Below, piece by piece: positions 46,498 to 53,839 of a DNA stretch of 57,767 nucleotides. A program made the position numbers and the translations under genes. A model generated the notes under the pieces. That model saw only the letters and a list, made by a program, of their open reading frames with translations, did no database searches and had not been told where the DNA came from. The DNA comes from a virus (Duplodnaviria > Caudoviricetes). The DNA is taken from positions 1-57,767 of the IMG/VR virus record IMGVR_UViG_3300030060_004810. One strand, written 5' to 3'. The first letter of the stretch is position 1; every line of letters starts with the position of its first letter.

Positions 46498-47092
46498 CTG
46501 TTTCCTCCGCTAAACGCTCTCGAGCGCGTTTTCGATTACCAGCGTCCTCTGCCCCCGCGTCATGGGTCAAAGGGGCGTAGGTCTGCTTCAGTTCGTTCAA
46601 AGCTTTCATGACCTCTTCTTTGCTCATCTGCTCAATCGTGCCGTGGCGAATCTCTGTCTTGTTAACGTAGATGTCGCCCTGCGCCTGACCCCTGCGGTAC
46701 TCAGCCTGCACTGCCGCACTGAACGCCCCCTGCTCAAGGGCGGCATCTCGAATAAGTTGCAGATCTCTCAGGTGGCGCTGGTATTCCACGCCGTACTTCT
46801 GATCAAGCTCCTGCCGATACTCTCGAATGGCTCTGCACACATGGGGGGAGATGCGGGGATTGGTTAGCTCAGAAGCGCGGACATGAGCAGACTTCTCAGG
46901 GTAGCCAGCATTGATGGCCGCTTCCCGCATGGTGATCTGCCCGTCCTTTGCTACAAGCTCACGTACAAACAATTCCTGCCTGCGGGTCAAACGCTTCTCT
47001 GCCAAAGGGGGTCGGTTCGTCTGCTGGCGCTTTGCTTCCGGCAAAGCCGCCGCTTTGGTGTCCAAAACATTGGCGTATCTGTTCTTGGCCAT
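46403..47092 (-). CDS. terS: Terminase small subunit
   Basis: LTRRQELFV...EAAINAGY..KSA...ASEL HTH signature. Confidence 0.8.
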   Translation of the reverse strand: MAKNRYANVLDTKAAALPEAKRQQTNRPPLAEKRLTRRQELFVRELVAKDGQITMREAAINAGYPEKSAHVRASELTNPRISPHVCRAIREYRQELDQKYGVEYQRHLRDLQLIRDAALEQGAFSAAVQAEYRRGQAQGDIYVNKTEIRHGTIEQMSKEEVMKALNELKQTYAPLTHDAGAEDAGNRKRARERLAEETDGHTGREAEDEETEGGELLAVSEESDEGQLS

Positions 47093-47128
47093 GGGGCCTC
47101 CGTATCCGAGTAAGTTGCGATAACCTAG

Positions 47129-47394
47129 CTTAAAAAGCCCGATCTATATAGTATTTCTACAGAAAAACAAAAATATTTTTTTCAAAACTCAGAAGCCCTT
47201 ATAGACATAGCTTGATTAAGCGCTCTCGAAATCAAAAATGTGACCAACGGGACCTTGACGGGACCTCAAAAACCTAGTGTTCATGCGGCCTCCAGAGCCG
47301 CGTCCCGCCGGTCCCGCCGGTCCCGCCATTTTTCAATTTTATTTTTCATTTTTTTATTTCTCTGGGAAAACTCTATATACAAAGGCGTTTTAAG
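47129..47394. other. Candidate replication origin or packaging locus
   Basis: Imperfect AT-rich inverted arms enclose ACGGGACCT x2 and GTCCCGCC x3 in opposite orientation. Confidence 0.5.
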
Positions 47395-47397
47395 GAA

Positions 47398-47775
47398 TCA
47401 GCCATAACCGACATACTCCGTCAGGATCACATGACATCCGTCACGTATTCCGTCTTCGGCACAATCCCATAAGAGGTAACCGTCATAACCTTGGCTGAGT
47501 AGGATTTTCCAAGCAAGTAGAGCATCTGCCTCGCCCCCTCCACTGCCATTACCTACCCAGTACATGTACCAGCCATCCTTACCTTCTTGGGGTATTTTTG
47601 CGTCGTGAGTTACCTCACCTTCGGAGGACCGCAGGACTTCAAAACGACCCTCTTGCTCCCAGAAAAAAGCGGCCATGCTGGTATGCGCCAGAAACTTAAA
47701 ATCATCCATGTCAAATGACAGGGTACACCTGTCGGTTTCTTCAAGGACTTTGAGCAGTACGGTAGCTTCCATCAC
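47398..47775 (-). CDS. Hypothetical protein
   Basis: 125-aa acidic/aromatic ORF coupled to the upstream gene. Confidence 0.7.
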   Translation of the reverse strand: MMEATVLLKVLEETDRCTLSFDMDDFKFLAHTSMAAFFWEQEGRFEVLRSSEGEVTHDAKIPQEGKDGWYMYWVGNGSGGGEADALLAWKILLSQGYDGYLLWDCAEDGIRDGCHVILTEYVGYG

Positions 47776-48914
47776 GATAGTCTCTCTTCTAATGGCTGTA
47801 CGAGCCGGTAGATATTACCTTCATAGGTCGTTTGACGGGGTCCTACAAAGCTGGGTTTGACGTAAATCTTTTGTTGGTACTGGGGGTGGTGCCTGTACCG
47901 TGGGTGACTCAGCGTCCTCCAGTAGCCTCTGCGGCGGTGTGGTTTAGGTGAAGCGTGAGTCCCGGTCCCTTCTTTCTGCGTGGCGGGCATTCGGTCCAAC
48001 AAAAGCACGTGAGGGCCGCTGGCCGTGTTCCATGGTCGGTCACGGTTTGCCAGATTGCTCTTGGATTTAGCAAGCTTTTTAGGGTTGGGTAGCACTTCGA
48101 CGGCGTGTCGATTTCCGTATTTTAAATATCGGTGCATACTCCCAACTTCCGTTAATGTTTTAGCAGTACAGTCTCCCCCCTCTTTTTGAGAACTGTCAGG
48201 AATTGAATTGTGTATATAAAAATCATCAGTTGACTTTGTTGGAAAGTAATACCACCGAGGCCTTAAATCACCCAAATCGCCTTGGAAAGCAATAATTTCT
48301 TTTTTTTCGCTAGGGGTATAAATTGGATGGTCTAAGTCAGGTATCCAAAAACAATACGTTCCTAGAATAGCGGGGTCTGTCCACTCGCCTTTATCCCAAA
48401 AAGACACGGCGCACAAACCATAATAAAAATCATGGCTGTCGAGATCAAACATCCGGTCCTCTGGTGTATCCGAATCTGCAAGCATTCTTTGTACAAAATT
48501 GCATGAAAATGCGTCTTCTTCTAATTCTTTACTAAGCGGGTGGTCTTCGTTATCTCCCTTTATAAAATACACCCACTTTCTGACGGGACCTTTTTTTACG
48601 TTGGCAAGATCTTTCCAATAATCTTCTGCCAAAAAAACAAAATCGTCATAAAGCCATTTAGTTTTTGACTCAAACCATTCTTCGTAAGGAAGATCTCCGC
48701 GTTCTTTCCAACCAAATTCGGCGTTCATAACGCGTTCAAAAAGTCCGGGTTCGGTTTGCTCAAAATGCTTTCCCCAAAGACTAATTATTGGTGCATGTAA
48801 AGACTTCAAAATCATTTTTTTGATCAAGGGGCTTTGCCACCCGGTGTCAGGTCTGTCTAAGCCACGCAGAGTTTTTCTCACAAAATCGTAATCTGGGCGA
48901 CGCATGGTCATCAC
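47772..48914 (-). CDS. Hypothetical protein with C-terminal H.RRG.WR motif
   Basis: 380 aa with an AT-richer variable core and HASPKPHRRRGYWR...IYVKPSFVG tail. Confidence 0.75.
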   Translation of the reverse strand: MMTMRRPDYDFVRKTLRGLDRPDTGWQSPLIKKMILKSLHAPIISLWGKHFEQTEPGLFERVMNAEFGWKERGDLPYEEWFESKTKWLYDDFVFLAEDYWKDLANVKKGPVRKWVYFIKGDNEDHPLSKELEEDAFSCNFVQRMLADSDTPEDRMFDLDSHDFYYGLCAVSFWDKGEWTDPAILGTYCFWIPDLDHPIYTPSEKKEIIAFQGDLGDLRPRWYYFPTKSTDDFYIHNSIPDSSQKEGGDCTAKTLTEVGSMHRYLKYGNRHAVEVLPNPKKLAKSKSNLANRDRPWNTASGPHVLLLDRMPATQKEGTGTHASPKPHRRRGYWRTLSHPRYRHHPQYQQKIYVKPSFVGPRQTTYEGNIYRLVQPLEERLS

Positions 48915-49108
48915 CCCCGCTTACTGGTCATGGGGCGCATGTATCGTTCTTCGGCAAGTTGCACACGTTTCTTGGACCCGTCTGCCCACATGATCTCCAT
49001 CCACTTACGGCCCCGCTTCAAGATAGCCGCGGCCCGTGTTCCGTTATCCGTGTGGTATAGCACGGGTTCCCAGCCCCTGTTGAGGGCTTTTCGATAAGTC
49101 AGTTTCAT
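48911..49108 (-). CDS. Small basic hypothetical protein
   Basis: 65 aa after TAGGAGA. Confidence 0.75.
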   Translation of the reverse strand: MKLTYRKALNRGWEPVLYHTDNGTRAAAILKRGRKWMEIMWADGSKKRVQLAEERYMRPMTSKRG

Positions 49109-49133
49109 AGTTTTCTCCTAGTAGCCATAAAAC

Positions 49134-49163
49134 ATTTTACCACGCTTTACTCTCATACGTCAA
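49134..49163 (-). promoter_or_regulatory. Sigma70-like promoter
   Basis: TTGACG-18-TAAAAT with extended TG. Confidence 0.65.
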
Positions 49164-49214
49164 ATGGTAAAAAAGCTGTGTCCTAGTCTTTACGAGCATT
49201 CTTTATGAAATACT

Positions 49215-49411
49215 AGGCTCCCGCGCCTCGTATTAATACATTTTTTGTAGTCACCACCAACAACAAAAAACGCACAGACTAGGTATTGCAACCGACTACA
49301 GCCAAAACCGGCTGGGCGTGGGACAAAAGGTAAAAACCCACTCGAACAAAACTCTTAGAGGAGGTGCGGCAACACCTAGTTTTGCTCTACCCAAGAGGAG
49401 TGCGAGAGCCC
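49215..49411 (-). ncRNA. Candidate structured non-coding RNA (~197 nt)
   Basis: Own promoter, 10-bp closing stem, 12-bp internal helix and a long 3' hairpin. G-U pairs work only on the minus strand. No credible ORF. Confidence 0.65.
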
Positions 49412-49417
49412 ATTCAC

Positions 49418-49446
49418 ACCTTACAGAGGATTACTCTCATAGTCAA
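49418..49446 (-). promoter_or_regulatory. Sigma70-like promoter for candidate ncRNA
   Basis: TTGACT-17-TAAGGT; predicted +1 at 49411. Confidence 0.7.
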
Positions 49447-49482
49447 ATGATAGAAAAACGGAAAGGGTTGTGTTTTGGTTTT

Positions 49483-49743
49483 CTATCGAAACTTGCGTTG
49501 GATGTATTTGAAGACGCTGTAGATGGTCAGCACGTAGAAGGCTATGACGGTCATGGGTATGGAGATGTAGGCCAGTTCCCATGGGGACAGGAACAGAAGC
49601 TCCCACGTGAAGTGGATGGCGGACTCCACGTCTCCCATGGGACCTATGTCATAGGCTATGTCGTTTTCTTCGAGCAGGAACTGGAGGTCGTCCCATTCTT
49701 CGGGCGTGTAGCACCGGACGTAATCTTCCGGACAGGGTTGCAT
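49483..49743 (-). CDS. Small membrane protein
   Basis: 86 aa with a C-terminal TM helix and basic tail. Confidence 0.65.
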   Translation of the reverse strand: MQPCPEDYVRCYTPEEWDDLQFLLEENDIAYDIGPMGDVESAIHFTWELLFLSPWELAYISIPMTVIAFYVLTIYSVFKYIQRKFR

Positions 49744-50021
49744 CAGTGGAGCATGGACCCGTGGGCCGAGTTCACATAATCCTCATGCTTCTCGAGGAGA
49801 TAGTCGGTGTAGATTTCAAAGCCCATGTGGCATAGCCCTGCAAAGAACTCCTGCTCGCTTTCGGCGGACAGAATTTTCATCATGCTTTGGCAGGTTTCAT
49901 CCCCGAGCCATGAGTCGTTTGTGGTTTCATTAAGAACAAAGTCGAGAAAAGCCTGATCGTCTTCCAACAATTGGGCAATCTCTCGACGTTGGTTAGTGGT
50001 CACTAACTTTTTATCGCTCAT
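49743..50021 (-). CDS. Small acidic hypothetical protein
   Basis: 92 aa, coupled to its neighbours. Confidence 0.7.
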   Translation of the reverse strand: MSDKKLVTTNQRREIAQLLEDDQAFLDFVLNETTNDSWLGDETCQSMMKILSAESEQEFFAGLCHMGFEIYTDYLLEKHEDYVNSAHGSMLH

Positions 50022-50356
50022 CTAAACCTGTTGCCTAGCAAGGCTTTGGACCTCTCGAGGCAACGATTGTAAGACTTACAGCAGTAATTGTCTGCCCGCG
50101 GCGTCAATAGCGTATCGAGGATTCTACGGACGGTTCTCCAAAAGCAACTTTCAGTGGTTCTGAAAGCACGGCTGGATATTGTTTCCGCAGGGTTTCCGCC
50201 AAATAAAATGTTTAGCGCAATAGATAGACCGTCAATCAAGTCAACCACATAGACTTTTGCTCGTTTTAGCTTTGGGTTTTTCAACATTTTTTTCATCCGA
50301 GGGTAATGGTCAAGGTGTAAAGCTGAAACGTCTATGATAATTGTGGTTTCTCTCAT
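50018..50356 (-). CDS. Hypothetical protein (G.P.ETISSR family)
   Basis: Start MRETT is ATGA-coupled. LN..FGGNPAETISSRA motif. Confidence 0.65.
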   Translation of the reverse strand: MRETTIIIDVSALHLDHYPRMKKMLKNPKLKRAKVYVVDLIDGLSIALNILFGGNPAETISSRAFRTTESCFWRTVRRILDTLLTPRADNYCCKSYNRCLERSKALLGNRFR

Positions 50357-50574
50357 CCAACTATGCCTACCAAGCTCATAATCAAAAGGATACCACCAAG
50401 GATGGCGTACTCTTTCCATGTCATCGGCTTGAATTTCTCGGGCTCTGCTTCGTTGTCCGTGGTCCCTGACGCTTCGACGCCGCCCACTGTGACCCACGCC
50501 TCATTCTCTGGTGTGTTCGGGTCATCTGCCACAAACCGCCCGCTCTCTGTTCTCGCTCGCTTTTTAGCCATCAC
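50353..50574 (-). CDS. Small membrane protein
   Basis: RAR...GRFVADDPNTPENEAW motif and C-terminal TM helix; TAGGAGA RBS. Confidence 0.7.
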   Translation of the reverse strand: MMAKKRARTESGRFVADDPNTPENEAWVTVGGVEASGTTDNEAEPEKFKPMTWKEYAILGGILLIMSLVGIVG

Positions 50575-50606
50575 GTTCTCCTATATCGGTGTACGATGGT
50601 TCCCAT

Positions 50607-50635
50607 AAACTAACATATATGCAGACGCCGCGCAA
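50607..50635 (-). promoter_or_regulatory. Sigma70-like promoter fused to terminator U-tract
   Basis: TTGCGC-17-TAGTTT with extended TG. Confidence 0.55.
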
Positions 50636-50660
50636 AAAAAACCCGGCTCTGGGGCCGGGT
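50634..50660 (-). terminator. Intrinsic terminator
   Basis: ACCCGGC-loop-GCCGGG-U8. Confidence 0.85.
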
Positions 50661-50763
50661 CGGGATCATCATTTCGCAGTCACTTTGGAGAAAACTATGG
50701 TTGATCCCTAATAGCTCTTAGGAGTTCTGCGATAACCCCCATGAGAAGTCATCGCAGGACCCC
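50634..50763 (-). ncRNA. Candidate 3'-UTR-derived sRNA antisense to the early-gene RBS
   Basis: A ~19-bp hairpin, then a stem-loop presenting UUUUCUCCAAAGUGAC, then a terminator. Confidence 0.55.
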
Positions 50764-50769
50764 AATCTA

Positions 50770-50943
50770 TCACTCAGGTCGGATAATTTCAAGAACCTCC
50801 ATGGTCGCCTCTGACAGGGGCGTAATGGACAAATCTTTTTGAATAGCTACGGGCTGTTTGAGCCGATTAGCAGTTTGCTGTCCGGCTTGTATGGAAATCA
50901 GCACGTCTTCAATTTCTTCTTGGGTTATTAACATCTTTCGCAT
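50770..50943 (-). CDS. Small hypothetical protein (57 aa)
   Basis: Start MRKMLI; last gene of the replication operon. Confidence 0.6.
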   Translation of the reverse strand: MRKMLITQEEIEDVLISIQAGQQTANRLKQPVAIQKDLSITPLSEATMEVLEIIRPE

Positions 50944-51088
50944 CGTGTTCTCGCACCGCTTCACTTTTAGCTTGGAGCAACTGTTGCCAGACTTCCAGCT
51001 TATCGAACTGATCCTTGGACACCGTGCCGTTTGCAAAGTCCTCTTCAAACTTTTTCAAAGCTTTATCAAACTCTTGCTGGATGGTCAT
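50909..51088 (-). CDS. Small helical protein (59 aa, not in ORF track)
   Basis: Hand translation: MTIQQEFDKALKKFEEDF... ATGA-coupled. Confidence 0.65.
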   Translation of the reverse strand: MTIQQEFDKALKKFEEDFANGTVSKDQFDKLEVWQQLLQAKSEAVREHDAKDVNNPRRN

Positions 51089-51315
51089 ATGCTAAAGCTC
51101 TTGGAACTCAGAGGGGCATCGTTCTCTTTCTTGAACGTGTCCACCTGCTCAGAGATGTACTCCTGATCACGATTGGACAGATTCTGCATCTTCCATTGCT
51201 CAATGATGTAGCGCAGTTGTCCGCTGATAGTGCGGCCTTCGACGCGGGCAATGACCACCACTTCCTCGTACACGTCTCGAGGTAACAAAGTGGATTTCCA
51301 TTTGGTTGTATCCAT
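51085..51315 (-). CDS. Ribbon-helix-helix-like DNA-binding protein
   Basis: WKSTLLP strand, DVYEEV...A..EGRTISGQLR.II helices; TAGGAGA RBS. Confidence 0.65.
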   Translation of the reverse strand: MDTTKWKSTLLPRDVYEEVVVIARVEGRTISGQLRYIIEQWKMQNLSNRDQEYISEQVDTFKKENDAPLSSKSFSI

Positions 51316-51324
51316 TTGATTCTC

Positions 51325-51753
51325 CTAGATATTACCAAGTTTTCTGTGGTGAGCTACACACATTTTGTGTTGCTCGAGGGTAAGTTTCTTGTTCTGTCCG
51401 TAGTACGGGATAGCTAGTCGTTGCGCTACCATGAAGTCGTTTAACGAGTCTTCGTCGCCGTCAATCATGACGGTGGCCAACACCCTGCCAAATTTACCTT
51501 TGGAATCTAATGTGGTCTTGATGGTCACCTCTGTGCCAACAGGCAACAGATTGTTCACAAACTGTTTGGCAAACCGGCCCAGTGCTTTGAGGTCCTCAGT
51601 GCCCCCGCTCACCCTGCGCGTTTCCGCAGTATCGATGCCGTACAGGCGGACGCTCATTTTGAGGGACACGTCAAATCCCAACCGGACGTTCAAAGACAGG
51701 CTGTCCCCGTCAATGACGCGTAGCACTTCGGCGCGGTAGCAGTACAGTTCCAT
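51325..51753 (-). CDS. Thermonuclease (SNase-like)
   Basis: RVIDGD, VRLYGIDTAE and GKFGRVL motifs. Confidence 0.88.
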   Translation of the reverse strand: MELYCYRAEVLRVIDGDSLSLNVRLGFDVSLKMSVRLYGIDTAETRRVSGGTEDLKALGRFAKQFVNNLLPVGTEVTIKTTLDSKGKFGRVLATVMIDGDEDSLNDFMVAQRLAIPYYGQNKKLTLEQHKMCVAHHRKLGNI

Positions 51754-51782
51754 GTTATACGATTCTACGCATAGTTATGAGA

Positions 51783-53684
51783 TTAATCAAGCTCTTCACC
51801 CTCACCCCAACTTGGCCCGTAGTCCACGTCACATTTGTTGGGAACCTGCAATGGCACGGCGTTTTGCATGATTTCTGAAAGCTCACGAGCGTGGTCCTCG
51901 CTCTCGACTGAGAAGGCCAGTTCGTCATGCACCTGTAGCATGGGCACGTGCCCTGCTTCACACACGTCCACCATGGCCTGCTTGGTCATGTCCGCGGCAG
52001 ACGCTTGGATCAGGCGGTTCAGAGCTTTATAGGTGTAAGCTCGACGTAGTCTGGTCGTTGGTCCGTGAGCCGCGATGGCTTCTTCTCGAGGCAGGGCTTT
52101 GTGCATTTCAAACGCGTCAGGCTCCCAGAGGTCAAAGCGGCATTTTCTACCGCGCAGGGACCGCACACTACCGGATGACCGCGGGTCCTCCAGTTTCTTC
52201 TGTACGCCTTTCATGAGTCCTTTTACGAAGGGGACGCGCTTGTGATATTGCTGGGTCAGGGCTTTGGCTTCGTCCACGCTGACATCCAGTTGATCTGACA
52301 ATTTATTAACACCCATCCCATACATCATTCCGAGGTTGATGACCTTGGCTTGCTTGCGGGGAATGCGGGCCATCTCGCTGACCATCGTGTGAAAATCCAT
52401 GTTGGGATCATTTCGGTACGCATCCACAAAAGCCTCGACGCCCTCTAACGGCATACCCTTGTAATCACCGTAGTTCTTCGCGAAATGCACCAAGATCCGC
52501 GGCTCTTGTTGCGAGAAGTCGATAGCCGCCCACTGCTGGCCCTCTTCTGGTAGAAACAACGAGCGGATCATAGGGCCTAGCTCTGGGTCGCGGGCCGGTA
52601 TCTGTTGCAGGTTGGGCGAGTTCATGGAGATGCGGCCTGAGACGGTGCCTCCGTCGTCTGACCGTAGCTGGTTGATATGGCTATGAATCCTGCCGTCATG
52701 CACGTATTTCAGGATACCATCGATAAACGAGCCGCTGGTCTTGTTGAGGTTGCGGGCTTTGACGATCCACTTGGCGAGGTCGTGGTTATGTTCCGACAGA
52801 AACGATTTGGTAAAGCTGGGTGCCCCTTTCTCTGTACTGGGGTAAGGGATGCTCAGTTTGTCGAAAGCCTTGGAGATAGATTGCGCCGCCCAAATTTCTA
52901 CATCTGTGCCTGCCAATGCTTTGATTTGTTTAAGAGCTTCTTTCTCCTGCTTGATCAGGACTTGCTTGGTCCGTTCAGCGCGGTCCAAGTCTACCCGTAT
53001 GCCGCGCTTCGTCATCTCGACAAGGTGCGGTAGCAGGCGAATCTCTAGGTTCCACACGTCCCACAGGTCTTCACGGTTCAGCAGGGTCTTGAAGTGATTC
53101 CATAGCTCCAGCGTAATCTCTGCGTCTGTCTCCGCGTAGGGGCCGACATACATAGCAGGGAGCTTCCACATCTCGCCCTTGGGGTCCACGCCAAACTCCT
53201 TTGCGGCCTCTACCAGTGTCTTTTCGGACTTGGTCTTGCCGAGGTAGTCGTAGCACAGGGCATTTAGGCTGTAGCTGAAGCGGTTTTCGTCAATCAAGCT
53301 GGCGGTAATCATGGTATCGATCACGCGGCCTTTGACTTCAAAGCCCTCTGCACGTAGCCAGCCAAGATCGTACTGGGCGTTGTGCATGATCTTGTCGGCA
53401 GGGCACTCAAAGACCTTTTTGAGCCATTTGCTGACAATACGCTTGTCTAAGTTGCCGCCGCCTGCGTGACCCACAGGGACATAGCATTTCCAGCCGCCTA
53501 CCGCTATTGCATAGCCCACCACCTCGCCGTCCTTCGTTGGCCAGCCCGGTCCTTTCTGCTTGAGGTTCGGGTCGCGTGTTTCAACGTCTATGGCTATTTC
53601 GTCGGCGTCAAAGATGTCCGGCAACTCCATCGGGGGCACCCAATCGGATTTGGGCGGGAACATCGCCATCTGTAGCTTTGTCAT
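51783..53684 (-). CDS. polA: DNA polymerase family A with 3'-5' exonuclease
   Basis: DVET and HNAQYD exonuclease motifs; DFSQQEPR, KVINLGMMYG and VHDEL polymerase motifs. Confidence 0.95.
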   Translation of the reverse strand: MTKLQMAMFPPKSDWVPPMELPDIFDADEIAIDVETRDPNLKQKGPGWPTKDGEVVGYAIAVGGWKCYVPVGHAGGGNLDKRIVSKWLKKVFECPADKIMHNAQYDLGWLRAEGFEVKGRVIDTMITASLIDENRFSYSLNALCYDYLGKTKSEKTLVEAAKEFGVDPKGEMWKLPAMYVGPYAETDAEITLELWNHFKTLLNREDLWDVWNLEIRLLPHLVEMTKRGIRVDLDRAERTKQVLIKQEKEALKQIKALAGTDVEIWAAQSISKAFDKLSIPYPSTEKGAPSFTKSFLSEHNHDLAKWIVKARNLNKTSGSFIDGILKYVHDGRIHSHINQLRSDDGGTVSGRISMNSPNLQQIPARDPELGPMIRSLFLPEEGQQWAAIDFSQQEPRILVHFAKNYGDYKGMPLEGVEAFVDAYRNDPNMDFHTMVSEMARIPRKQAKVINLGMMYGMGVNKLSDQLDVSVDEAKALTQQYHKRVPFVKGLMKGVQKKLEDPRSSGSVRSLRGRKCRFDLWEPDAFEMHKALPREEAIAAHGPTTRLRRAYTYKALNRLIQASAADMTKQAMVDVCEAGHVPMLQVHDELAFSVESEDHARELSEIMQNAVPLQVPNKCDVDYGPSWGEGEELD

Positions 53685-53839
53685 GCTACTTTCCTCTCTC
53701 GCAGAATGGCTTTTTCAAAGTGGTTGCAAGCTCTACACCACCACCCCACACGCTTGTTCTCTGAAGCAAGAATGATCTCTTCAGCTTTGTTCTTACACTT
53801 GGGACACGGGGTGTGACTCATTTCGGTTTCTTCTTTCAT
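53681..53839 (-). CDS. Small zinc-ribbon protein (52 aa, not in ORF track)
   Basis: Hand translation with CPKC...WWCRACNH. ATGA-coupled to both helicase and polymerase. Confidence 0.72.
   Translation of the reverse strand: MKEETEMSHTPCPKCKNKAEEIILASENKRVGWWCRACNHFEKAILRERKVA

Noticed and set aside
49318-49779. Plus-strand 153-aa ORF near a perfect AGGAGGTG
   Set aside because: The SD-like sequence lies inside the ORF with no suitably spaced start, and the ORF is antisense to a plausible gene and to the structured RNA.
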